A DNA stretch of 64,000 nt from Lophium mytilinum (Eukaryota): contig MU004181.1 in the NCBI GenBank assembly GCA_010093605.1, positions 3,224,001 through 3,288,000 on the forward strand. Reading direction: 5' to 3'. The translations under genes and the position numbers were made by a program. This document shows positions 12,794 to 24,126 of the stretch, one piece after another; within the stretch, counting starts at the first letter, position 1; each line of letters opens with the position of its first letter. The notes under the pieces are model-generated. The model had not been told where the DNA came from and made no database searches. It was given only the letters and a program-made list of their open reading frames with translations.

Positions 12794-15259
12794 ATGATAT
12801 CAATGGCAGATAACACCAGCGCACGTCGCCGTACGCCACCTCCCCTACCTCCCCGTGGCCAGAGCAATGCTGCACTCCTCACTGCCTCCAGCGAGCCACC
12901 ACCGGCCTACTCTCCATATTCACCGTCCATGGCGTCTAACGATCCCCGGACGTCGTCCACACAGTCCCTTGTGCCTGTCCCGGAATCAGAACATGCTGGG
13001 AGGCGTACTCTACTTCTCGTCTATGTACATGGCTTCATGGGCAATGAGACCAGCTTTCAGAGCTTCCCCGCCCATGTCCACAATTTGGTCACTGTCACTT
13101 TAGCGGATACCCATGTTGTACATACCAAGATATACCCAAAGTACAAGTCCAGACGCGCTATTGAGTTTGCAAGAGATGACTTCTCAACATGGTACGCGGA
13201 ACATTGAGCTTAGACTCCTAGCCTTGAGCTAATGCTCAGTGTCAGGCTTGATCCACATGAGTCTCCAACCACCGACGTGATATTACTTGGCCATTCCATG
13301 GGAGGCTTGTTGTGCTCGGAAGTGGCTTTGGTACCGCCATATTCGCCCTCTACTGATCGTGCCCTGCGCCATCGTCTTATCGGCACTATCAACTTTGACG
13401 TGCCGTTCTTGGGGATGCATCCTGGCGTCGTCGTCAGTGGCCTTGGAAGTATATTCAGACCTGCTGATTCGCCTGCTCCACCTACAAGCAACGAAAGCTC
13501 CTCTGGAAGTACCAGCAATGTGAACAGAGTGAACACCTTTTTTTCTCCCAAACCGTCAGATCCGAACTACAACCCCGTGTTCCCAAACGACGTCAACCTG
13601 CCAGAGAGATCAGGCTGGGGTAACGCCCTACACTTCATTTCCAAACATTCTGATGGCTTGATGAATGCCACCAAAACTTACGTGACTTCGCATCTCGAAT
13701 TTGGCGGCACTATGGCCGATTACGGTGCCCTGAAGAAACGTTATGCCCGTATACGCGCTCTCGAGGAAGAGGACGAGGCTGTAAGGAGAACGGCTACAAG
13801 TGGGCCCAGCCCACCACCTCGCGTGCGGTTCATAAATTACTACACCGCCAGCACAGGCAGACCCAAGAAGCCCAAATCTCCGTCGTCATCGCGAAAGTCG
13901 AGTCAGAGCTCTAGTAGAAAAGATGAAGAAGGGGGAGGTCGTCTGGTTGAAGCGGAGATGGAAGACATGCAACTCACATCACCAACTACCAGAAATACGG
14001 AGCAGTCACGGTCGCCGTCTGTGACTTCTTGGAAGTCAGCCGAGGAGCACCGTAACAACGAAGCCGTCGCTAAAGAGTTTGAGGAACCGCTATCAGCAAA
14101 TTCGGAGCATGACGAGGGAATGGACATGCGGCATATCGACTCCATGCCGATAGATGACGAGGTTGAACACAACATTGCTGAATCGACGACAAATCTCAGT
14201 CTTGTCACGACGCAACAGACGACAGACTCATCCGTCAATCCCTTAACCCTAGAAAACACAGCTATCACCTCACCGACCTCAACCTTGTCATTGAGCTCGT
14301 CCATAACTCTGCCGCCGATTCCACCTGTACCTGACGAACCGCCAAGCGTGGACTTCTCTCAATACACTGACAAAGACACCCGCAAACTTGCAGAGAAGGA
14401 ATATGCCCGGGTCATGAAGAACTACAAACAGACAGTCAAGGACCGTAACAGCGCGATCAAGGATCGCGCAAAGCTCGAAGAGAAGATCGAGAAGAGCAGG
14501 CGAAAGGAGGCAGAAAAAGCCAAGAAATCTGCAGAAAAAGAGGCGGAGAAAGCAAAGAAGCTCGCAGAGAAAGAGGCCGCCGACAGGCAAAACGAGCCTC
14601 AGGAGCCAGAAAAGGAAATGCAAGAACCGGAGAAAGAAAAGGAAGAAGAGTTCAGCTGGGAAAAGGTCTGGGCAGCGGACCGAGCACGAGAGACACGGCA
14701 GCGCGACTACGAGCGCCTGACGCGTGAAGGCAAGACGGAGGAAGCCGAGGCCTTGCTTAACGACGGGAAGAAGCCGCCACAAGAGGACCCGGTCCCGAAG
14801 ACTCTGACACGGCAGAGCACGCATGAACCTCTGACACAGCAGAGTACCCAAGAGCCTTTGACACAGCAGAGCACCTTAGAGCCTACCTCGTCGGCCACGT
14901 CGGGAACATACCACCACTCCACCACCAACATCCTCAATAGCGACACGCCATCAGCCCGGACGGAAGCCGCTGCGGCCAAGGCAGAGTCGAAAAAGAAGGA
15001 GAACCCCAAAGCAGCAAAGCCGAAGAGAGATAAGAAATTCTGCATGCTTCCGCCCACAGATGCGCACGGCCGCCTCGACCCGACTTGGTTTCGCGTGTAC
15101 ATGGAAGGCGTGGATGAGGTGGGCGCGCATTGTGGGCTGTTTTTCGTCAGCGAAACGTATGAGAGGCTGGTAGGGGATGTTGGTGCGAGGATTGAGGAAT
15201 GGGTTCGAGAGGATATGACGGAGAGGTTGGTGAGAGAGTTGGGAGGTGACGGATTATAA
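12794..15259 (+). CDS. Putative lipase/serine esterase (DUF676-like alpha/beta hydrolase) with charged low-complexity C-terminal region
   Basis: VYVHGFMG oxyanion motif, GHSMGG nucleophile elbow, FDVPFLG, C-terminal GAHCGLF; intron 13192..13245. Confidence 0.85.
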
Positions 15260-15969
15260 TGACATGCCATGAGGAAGTCAGACCATCATATGGGACTCAT
15301 CAGAAGCGGTATATCAATTGAACGGTGATAGTCATTACGGCTCGGCTGCGTGGTTGAGTAGTTCGTCAATCTTAGATATATTCACTTTATGTCGAGGGCT
15401 CTTCTAGCCTCTATGTTTTTCTATTTCTAACAAGAACACAGGCATGGGTTTTACCGAAGTCGAGGTCAGATCCAATGTACAAAATAATACTTGTAATTCT
15501 TCGTAGCCCCAATCAAGATTGAGTCCGTAAAGAAAACAGCGTGTACACAGCACGAGAAAAAGAGACATAGACGAGCAGGAAAAAGAAAATTGCATATAAT
15601 TTCCAGGCAAGTCTACTTACGAATGCTCGCAAATCCTTCCGATACGAACGTCTAGGTAGGTCTTGAAAATCTTAGCCTTCTTAATCTCGTGTTCTTTAGC
15701 TTGTTTGTCTGACTCCTGGTTGGAGCTCCTTTATTGCTGCAGTGAAAATGGCCACGTCAGATCCAAACGCTTCTTGAACTCATGTCAAACACGGTTTTGT
15801 CCTTTTATCATGGTGGAAATTTTATGGAAGCTATGAGCCTTGGGTGTTCGCTCTCCGCGCTCACACTTTCCCTTGTCACAACCAGAGCTGCAGCTTGTCG
15901 TATAAAACTATGATATTTAAGTCCGGAGCCAACTCATTCACATCCTGAAGCATAGATTTTGCTTTCACA

Positions 15970-16395
15970 ATGGGAAGCTCTCACTCTAGCCCTTCAGGCC
16001 AACGACGTCGACCACCCATGAATCCACCTCCGCGGAAATCTCGCCCAAAAGGCGTCTCCGAACCCAGCAAGCAGGCAGCCGAACGCCCGAGAATGGCAAA
16101 AAAGGGTCTACAGAAAGAAAGAAATAGTCTAACAGCAGAAAGAAATGCTCTCCTAAAAGAAAGAGAGGCTATTCGAAGAGAAAGAGAAACCATTCGAAAA
16201 GAAAGGCAGACTCTTCGAGAAGAAAGAACTAGCGTTCCAAGGACAAGAGAGAGTCTACAAAAAGAAATAGATAGATTGCGAGCGGAAAGAAATGAAACAC
16301 AAGCAGACAGAGATAAGCAGAGGGAGCAAGTGGCGCAGCTAACTAAGAAACTTCGAGTTGTCCGCGAAACTGTTATGCATCTCATGGCAGGATAA
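15970..16395 (+). CDS. Small coiled-coil hypothetical protein
   Basis: 141-aa ORF with about 10 consecutive ER-initiated heptads; TATAAAA at 15901; ACAATG start context. Confidence 0.6.
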   Translation: MGSSHSSPSGQRRRPPMNPPPRKSRPKGVSEPSKQAAERPRMAKKGLQKERNSLTAERNALLKEREAIRRERETIRKERQTLREERTSVPRTRESLQKEIDRLRAERNETQADRDKQREQVAQLTKKLRVVRETVMHLMAG

Positions 16396-16866
16396 AATAT
16401 GTCCTGATGAATTGAGAGCTCAGAAAGTGAGATATCGAGGAAGTTTTGCTTGGGGTTCACCAACGGAAGTGTCAATTTCCCCAGGTTTGGAATGTATCAT
16501 AGGAACGAAAGCTCTACATGAACGTAGTTTTGTTTGATTTAGCTCATTCCCAAGCATAGTATAGTTCGGCAATATGACGCGAAAAAGAACTTAGTGGGCT
16601 ATTCGTGGTTGAAGTCCGCGTGACAAGCTCCACCCTCGGGCGTTTAGCCGGCCCTTCATCTCCACCTGCACTCTCCCCTGGACACCAGAAAGTCGCCGTC
16701 GCAGCTCCGCTTTTCTCTCCACGGAGATGGAAATGTGCTCTTCTACTCCCTGTCACGACAATTATCCTCTATTTTACGCTTACCTATCATTAATTCATAC
16801 TTCAAATCTTCCTGCTCATTGAAAGAGCGATTCCAAATACCCAACGAGAAGCTTCATTAGCGTATC

Positions 16867-19118
16867 ATGTCTTCAGAAGCATCATCCTCCCTTGGCAAGA
16901 GAAAGCGGGTAAGGCGAGCTGCTCGTCCTTGCGATGCCTGCCGACAGCGCAAAACTCGATGTATTATGGAAGATGGCCCTACTTGTACCGTCTGCCAGTT
17001 TCGAGATTCTTCCTGCACTTTTGACGCAGCCCCTCCCGAGCGGAATACATATACCAAGACACCAGACATAGGTCATGTGCCCACAAATGGAAGTTCTGTC
17101 TCGGCCTATCCCCCCTCTAGTACGAGTCCATCGCATGCTCATTCCCACCGCTCGTTGAACGGTGCGGAAGCTGAGCAGTTGCTGAGTAGTGATACGACTT
17201 CAATCTCTCCGTACGATCAAAGACGCCGAGTTACTAGGCAGACTGATGAGGGGCCTTTGACTCAGTCTCTAGGCCTGGTTTCTTTCAGGTTTGCAGAGCT
17301 ATATGGACTAACAAGTGACATGGAGCCAATACTGATGGTGAGTACCGTAAAGACGTTTTGTTCGCAAGGAACGGAGCACTCAGTTGGACCTAACCTATCT
17401 GACTACGATTAGTCCCAGCCGACTATTTGTATAGCTTGATAGAATCCCAGCGAAGAAGATCTGACAATGTACAGAGACACCGGCCCTACGATCCCATTAG
17501 CCATGAATATCGACTTCAGACGCACAGCATTCGTCGCGTCCTGGATCACGATGAGGGCCTGGAGTACCCCGTTACATTCCACTTGGCCACTGATGAGAAA
17601 GCTATTGGCTTCTCACCCGATTTTAGCGATGTGGATGCTATCGAAGCGGAGGTGCGTCCACATGGCATGAGACTGCTCAAGCTGTTCTGGAGGATCGTTC
17701 AACCTTCTTACCCCATCATCTATAAGAAAGGCTTTATGGAGAGTTATACTATATCATACAGAGAGATATCTGCATCTCTTCTTGGCGCAGTCTATCTCAA
17801 CGCGATCAGTTGGTGGTCCTACGACTCGGAACTTTCCAGGTGGCCTGCGCCAGACACGGCGAAACTCAGAAAGCTTACACTTGATGCGACCCAGAGTTCA
17901 TTGCATCGGCCAAAACTATCGTCAATCGAAGCCATATTGTTGCTCTTACAGTGCAAACCTGAGGATCCACTCAACCCGGACCACACGTTCTCATGGGGAT
18001 TGACGTCGCAGGCGCTTGGTGTTGGAGAAGCTATTGGCCTACATCTCGATGCGTCATTCTGGTCAATTCCAGATTGGGAACGATCTCTCAGGAAGCGACT
18101 TTCGTGGGCTCTCTATATGCAGGATAAGTGGACCGCGCTAGCGTACGGACGACCTTCGCATATATCAGACGACGACTGGGACGTCACAGACCTTGCGCAT
18201 TCGGCTTTCCTCGACTGCGAAGATGCCAATCTAGGAGCGCCAAGTAGCTTCTCCGATTCCACATATTCATCAGGCGAAGTCCAATTTCTCATGATGGCCG
18301 AGCTTACCCAATTCCTGAGTACAGTATTGAGGAGCTTTTTTACACGCAGAGCGAGCTCAAATCAAGACACTAGCAATCTCTATCACAAATCGCTTCCCGT
18401 TATCGAAGCCATCAGATTATGGAAGCTCAGAATACCGCCCTCGTTGAGCATGGAAGCTCGTACATCCCGCCAGCTATGCCCGAGCGGCTATCTGTACTTC
18501 TCTTATCATGGCCTGATGATAACGCTGCTTCGACGTCTTGTTCGCTCCACAGCTTTGGCGCCCTTGTGTACCGATCAAATAGTTGTTGGAAATATTCGCC
18601 AATTGGCCTTTGATACGGCAGTGGAAGCAATGACCTTCGTCTCAACATTGAGACCTGACCATCTGGAAGCCTTTTGGTATTTTACTTCACCATTCCTGTT
18701 CTCACTACTCGGCTCCTTTATCACTCTCCTCCTCGTTACGTCTGTCTCGGAGCAGGAAAGGGAATACTGGAGAGAAAAGCTTCACTCGTATCTTTGGGTT
18801 CTCCGCACTATGAGTAAAGGGTGTGAACCAATCCGCTACGCAGTAAATCGCCTAGGTAGGGCCTGTGTCCCAAAACCACCAACACTCGAAAGCTAACGAC
18901 GATCAGAGGGTGCAATTCTGCGCGGCCTAGAACATGCATTAGCAGTAAACGTAGATTCGCCCGTTAACCTCAGAAGCACCCCGTTACTAGTTCCGCAGAC
19001 TGATCAGGACTTTGGTATGTCGAGTTTTGGGGATTGGGATCTTTCAGGTATGGATCTCGGCGCCTTTGACTGGCTCAGCAACGTGGACGTTCAGCAGAGT
19101 TTGAACACACTGCAATGA
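16867..19118 (+). CDS. Zn(II)2Cys6 transcription factor with fungal-specific TF domain
   Basis: CDACRQRKTRC...CTVC....SSC cluster; IGLH..., RKRLSWALYMQDKW..LAYGRP; introns 17338..17474 and about 18856..18906; stop TGA at 19116-19118. Confidence 0.93.
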
Positions 19119-19261
19119 AGCCCTTCATTGCCACTCTTCTAGGGATCGAGATATCAGTCCACGCATTGCTTCACGACGAGCCCACCATAAGCATTTCGGA
19201 CAATTCAACCTCATTGATAACGCGATAAGCGATATTTGCTAAAGATCTTATTTACGAGTAG

Positions 19262-20815
19262 CTAATTTCCGAGCCTCCCATGTTTTTTGTAATAAAGCCG
19301 TATTTGCTTGGGCTGGAAGGTTCCGTCTTCAACGAAGAATCCTAACTCTTTCGTCTCCGAGCTATTCAATCTAGGTGGGATCCTATAGGAGATAGACTTT
19401 CCACCAACAAACAGCTCCATTGTGTCATTCTCCACAACGAGACGGATCGTCTCCTCTAATCTGACAGAACTGTGCCTGGCAAGCTCTGGACCATCCACAT
19501 TCTTAGGGAGATATAGCTCATACTGGTCGGCCCAGAAGTCGTCTAGCGGCGGCAGGTCTGTGAGAAGCGACACGGCATATGATCCGTCAGCGGCGGGCTC
19601 GAAGCGAATACGGTGTCCTCTCAAATCGTCGTCCGTTCGAAGAAGGACACCGAATGACAGGGCATCATGGTGCGACACACTGAACTCCAGAACATAGCTT
19701 TGCACCGATTTTTGCAGTATGGGCAAGTATGTCGCTAACGTTTGGCCAATGGATCGCAGATTCAGCTCTTCAGCAACACGATTGTTCTCATTCCCTTCTA
19801 GAAGTGAAAACTTGTTGTGTAGAACTTCCTCGACCGGGGAGATTTCCAGGGATCCATCGACGCGTGCAGATACTTGTCTGGGCGCAGCTAAGCTTCCTCC
19901 CCAGAGCCATCTGCTATCTTTCTCATTGAAGTCTGCAATCCATCCAAAGAAGATACGCTTGGAACTATCCCCGGCTTTCTGACACGACTTTGCTGCATAC
20001 CATCTTCTTGCATCAAACCTTCCACCTGACCCATCTCGTGGAGTACGGAATGGCCCCCTCGGCGAGTCCGCTATTCGGTACACAGTCCCCGGATTAGGTG
20101 CGGAGAACCGAGAGTACACGAGGTACCACTTCCCATTTGGCAGTGTGAAAAGCTCTGGACATTCGGGACACATCATATCGTTGGGCGCGTACAACGGCGC
20201 TGGCTCTACAGACCATTCTTCTAGATCTGCAGAGGTCAGCAATGCAATACAACCCCGTGTCCAATGCGGGCCACTAGAGAGACGGGTGGCGACTAGCATC
20301 CAGTACTGGCCAGCCTCCTCGTTGAAGAAGACGTAAGCGTCGCGGAAGTCGATGTCTTCGAATGCGGCCAGATTCAATGGTGGAGAGATGATGCGAATTG
20401 GCTCCGAATCTGCATTGAAGCTAGTCCCGTGTTGATCGGAGGAGCGAGCGTGCAAGATGGCTTGCTTCCCGCCTTGGGATAAATTGTATCCCGTATAGAA
20501 GATGTGCAGTGTGCCATCAGGTCCTAAGACTGCTGAACCAGTCCAGGCGCCATCTGCATCAGGCGCTGATTCCGAGGAGCTTGGAGAGAGAACAGGAAGG
20601 GGATCTCGCATCCAGCTGACAAGATCTTTGGAACGAAGCCGAGACCAGCTTGAACGTAGCCTCGGCGGGTGATGTACAGTGTTTGGGGGAGTGCTCAAGT
20701 GGAATATGTGGTAAGTGTCGTCTATCAATACCGGTATTGCGTCTGCAGCTGCCTGAGACGCCGATGGACGGCTATAGCTAGCTGCTTCGGATGGAGGGGA
20801 ATCAAAGGCGGGCAT
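19262..20815 (-). CDS. Intracellular glycoside hydrolase family 32 (beta-fructofuranosidase-like), intronless
   Basis: Beta-propeller motifs ADAIP..YHIFH (nucleophile Asp), WTGS, DFRDAY (RDP-like), PECP (acid/base), YAAKS; no signal peptide. Confidence 0.85.
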   Translation of the reverse strand: MPAFDSPPSEAASYSRPSASQAAADAIPVLIDDTYHIFHLSTPPNTVHHPPRLRSSWSRLRSKDLVSWMRDPLPVLSPSSSESAPDADGAWTGSAVLGPDGTLHIFYTGYNLSQGGKQAILHARSSDQHGTSFNADSEPIRIISPPLNLAAFEDIDFRDAYVFFNEEAGQYWMLVATRLSSGPHWTRGCIALLTSADLEEWSVEPAPLYAPNDMMCPECPELFTLPNGKWYLVYSRFSAPNPGTVYRIADSPRGPFRTPRDGSGGRFDARRWYAAKSCQKAGDSSKRIFFGWIADFNEKDSRWLWGGSLAAPRQVSARVDGSLEISPVEEVLHNKFSLLEGNENNRVAEELNLRSIGQTLATYLPILQKSVQSYVLEFSVSHHDALSFGVLLRTDDDLRGHRIRFEPAADGSYAVSLLTDLPPLDDFWADQYELYLPKNVDGPELARHSSVRLEETIRLVVENDTMELFVGGKSISYRIPPRLNSSETKELGFFVEDGTFQPKQIRLYYKKHGRLGN

Positions 20816-20963
20816 TTTAGGAGTTGGAAAGATTCAAAGTTGACTGGGTCAGCCGACTTTGAGAAGCAAGAAGCGAATGAATATAGTAAAGCTGGAAGAC
20901 AGTGTGCACCGTATTCTGGCGGCATCTTCTCCATGGCCGTACGGCATCTGATGAGTGCTAGCT

Positions 20964-20980
20964 CGGCGGTTTGCCGGCGG
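20964..20980. promoter_or_regulatory. Two overlapping CGG-N8-CGG motifs (candidate Zn2Cys6 site) in the divergent GH32/transporter promoter
   Basis: CGGCGGTTTGCCGGCGG; CGG triplet pairs at 20964/20975 and 20967/20978. Confidence 0.4.
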
Positions 20981-21343
20981 CGACTCGTCAAAGTGGGCCC
21001 CTTTCGCCGCGTTCTCGTTAGAAAGAGGTGATGGTAAAGCAGTCTCGGATAGACCGAGTCAGCAATTCGTAGGGGATTTCTGAAAACAACTCATGTTGCC
21101 CCGTCCCCGCAAGGCTGTTCCGACCCTAGCGTTTTCTCCATCATGCTCACCCCCGCTCTACTTGCCAGCGGCCGGCCGGCCGGCAGCCATGAGGTGCAGG
21201 GTTGAATGTGCCGAATCTGGGGTGCCGATCTTGCGAAATGCAGTCCGTCTCGTTCTCAGGTATTTACCTATATCTACCATGGAGCGATTGACAGCTCCTC
21301 GTCAGTCTTCAGACTGCCTTTCGTCTTCGTCAAAGTCATCTAG

Positions 21344-23755
21344 ATGGCCCTCATCAAGTATCCATACGCCTGGCTTTTCTGTGGCTTCGCTGCTCTCGGA
21401 GCATGCTTATATGGCTATGACGGTGTCTACTTTAATGGCGTATCTGCTCTAGGTATGTTGCTATTGCGTTTCACCAACCTTTGATACTTGGCTCACATCA
21501 AGTTAGACGTTTTTATTCGGAATTTTGGAGACAAAAAGGATGGAACCTACGAGATTACCCCGTCGGCACTCTCGGTGATGACGAGCATGATCAACGTGGG
21601 TGAACTGGTTGGATCATTGAGTGCCGCTCCTATCAACGATTATCTCGGCCGAAAAGGAGCCATGTTGATTGCTAGTATCACCATCAGCGTTGGTGTCATT
21701 ATGCAGCTTTCTACCCAATCATCTCGCGACTTGATCACTGGAGGCCGAGTAGTTGTTGGATTAGGACAATCACCACAGCAAGCAATCACGGTAGCAAACT
21801 TGGGTCCATTCCTGTATATTAGCTAGCCTTCCACCTAATATCAGACGCTACGGCCTGCAATCAACAGGTTATGAGCCCGGCTTCAACGCTGCCCTAAGCC
21901 TCAGGTCGTCCGCCCGTTCCTGCAGGGTGTCACTAGCAGATCCTTTCCACGTCCACCATCATCAGCATGCTTTCCTAGATGCCTTCTTTAATGCATTCCT
22001 AGATGCACATCCTAGATGCATATCAGCCATCGCCATTGTATACCGCCATCGCCACAGGATACCAACCATCACCACAAGATGTCAGCCATCATCACAGGTT
22101 GTCAGCCATCATCGATATCGGGCGCTTCTTTCACTCACCACCATCCCGATCCTGTCAGCATCGCCACGGGATGCCGTTCCTCTCAGCCATCGCAAGCGAC
22201 TTCTATCGTCCATTCATCACTGGATGCTCTCCATCAAGGAGGTTTCCAACCATTATTGCCCGCTGTTAAGATTGAGGGAGGATGTTGGATTAGGACAATC
22301 ACCACAGCAAGCAATCACGGTAGCAAACTTGGGTCCATTCCTGTATATTAGCTAGCCTTCCACCTAATATCAGACGCTACGGCCTGCAATCAACAGTAGT
22401 ACTTGGGTATGGCGTAGGCGTATTTTCTTCTACTTCGCCGCTATACATTGCTGTAAGTCTTCCTATCCTTACTTACTTAGCTATAACTGCTAATCTGATG
22501 TAGGAGATTGCGCCTACTGCCCTTCGTGGACAGCTGCTCATGTGCTGGCAACTCACTCTTTCCGTGTCTCAAATCATAGCCGCAGCTATCAACCGTGGCA
22601 TCAAAGACAACCAAACAACCTTCGCGTACCGATTTCCCATAGGATTCCAGCTGCTTTTTCCCCTACTCGTTCTCCTTTTCCTCTGGTGGGTCCCAGAATC
22701 ACCTCGTTGGCTGCTTCGAAAGGGGCGCTCTGAGCAGGCCGTTCGGTCACTCAGCCTCGTTCATCGCGAGGACAAGATGTACCACGCTCAAGCCGATATC
22801 GACGCCCTCCAACTTGACCTTGATCACGAGGCTGAGCTTAACTCTCAGAGCTCGTGGCTAGACCTCGTTCGGGATCCTGTAGAGCGGAGGAAATTAGTAT
22901 ACTCGGCCGGCGCACTCATTGCCCAGCAGATCAACGGCATCCAATGGTTCTATTACTTCGGAACAGTGTTTTCTAAGGCTATTGGGTTGAGTGACCCATT
23001 TCTCATGACACTCATAGTGTTCATCATCCAGGTCGTCGTCGTTTTTGCTGCTGTTCTCTGCGCGAATCGCATTCCTAGGCGTCCGTTGCTGCTGATTACC
23101 ACCGGCATTATGACAATATCCATCTTCATAGTCGGATGTTTAGGCATTCCTGGAGGCGAGGTCTCGCCAACGTTTGGCAAGGTCATCATCAGCTTCGTCA
23201 TCATCGAGATCACGGCTTTCAACTTTGCTTGGGGTCCCTTGGGCTGGACCATTGCTTCCGAGATGGCAGTTGGCCGGAACCGGAACAAGATATACGCCAT
23301 CGCCGTTGCTTGCTTCTGGGTAAGCTCTTGCTCAAGTAACGACCTTACCGTTTGCAAAAGACTGACCACAACCCACGCAGATAACCGTGTGGGTCACAGT
23401 ATTCACGCTTCCGTATCTTTACTACTCCGCAAATCTCGGTCCAAAGACTGGTTTCATCTACACTGGACTTTGTTTTGTCAGTTTGGCGTACGTCTGGTTC
23501 TGTGTTGGTGAGGTGACTGGGCGGACAATGGAAGAGATCAACGGCTTCTTCATGGATGTAAGTATTAGACCTTACTCGCCCTTCATGAATCCAGTAGCCG
23601 TTCAAGAATTCTAATCACCTCTGCAGGGCATTCCTGCGCGCAAATGGCGGGACCAACCTCGATTAGATGACATTCCAAGATCGCACATGAGCGACGACGT
23701 CGATGTCTCAGACGTCAGACTCGACGAAAAGAACATTGGCACCAAACAAGGGTAA
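21344..23755 (+). pseudogene. MFS sugar porter interrupted by an LTR mini-element (probably a null allele)
   Basis: YGYD, INDYLGRK, PESPRWL, QQINGI, FAWGPLGW and EVTGRTMEEI motifs. Removing 21754..22395 plus one GTAGT restores GGRVVLGYGVGVFSSTSPLYIAEIAPTALRG; as it stands the frame stops at TAG 21824-21826. Confidence 0.9.
21754..22395 (+). mobile_element. Non-autonomous Copia-type LTR retroelement in miniature (TRIM), 642 bp
   Basis: Identical 113-bp LTRs at 21754..21866 and 22283..22395 (TG...CA, TGTTG/CAACA ends); PBS GGTTATGAGCCC at 21867..21878; purine tract GAGGGAGGA before the 3' LTR; TSD GTAGT at 21749-53 and 22396-400. Confidence 0.96.
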
Positions 23756-24126
23756 ACAGATAAAAGAACCCTTGAGTGCACACTCGCTCTTGTACGTAGC
23801 AAAATGGGGGAGTAGCTAGTTGGGATACTAAAAATACAGCTTTTCAGCTACGTACATGAGAAAGTACGGGACGGACACAAGTCAATGGAATTCTCCCTTG
23901 ATTGATAGCTCGCTTGAGTGTGTAATCATGTAAAACCCTGCACATGCCCCACTAGGTACAGTAAGACGAGCTTGGTTTCAGCTTTTCTTGTCATTGTTGA
24001 GAATGATCGCGTACAGCCCCAAACATAGTGGCTTGATCATATCCAAAAATACCACAAAATAGTCGGTCTTATCAGAGAAAGGCAATCTGCGGCGTATAGC
24101 GTACACAGCTTACTCAGTCACACATA

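Noticed and set aside
14800..14885. Three 24-nt repeats (EPLTQQST) in the DUF676-like gene
   Set aside because: Ordinary in-frame coding minisatellite in a disordered region; not CRISPR-like.
21927..22355. ORFs of 88-142 aa inside the TRIM
   Set aside because: Low-complexity translations of the CATC-rich repeats with non-ATG starts and no gag, protease, RT or integrase motifs.
21749..22399. Possibility that the TRIM is spliced out as an intron (GT in the left TSD, CAG/TAG at the right end, CTAAT in the LTR)
   Set aside because: The donor/acceptor pairs at the ends (21749 or 21752 with 22396 or 22399) remove 645, 648 or 651 nt. The insertion is 647 nt, so none restores the frame.
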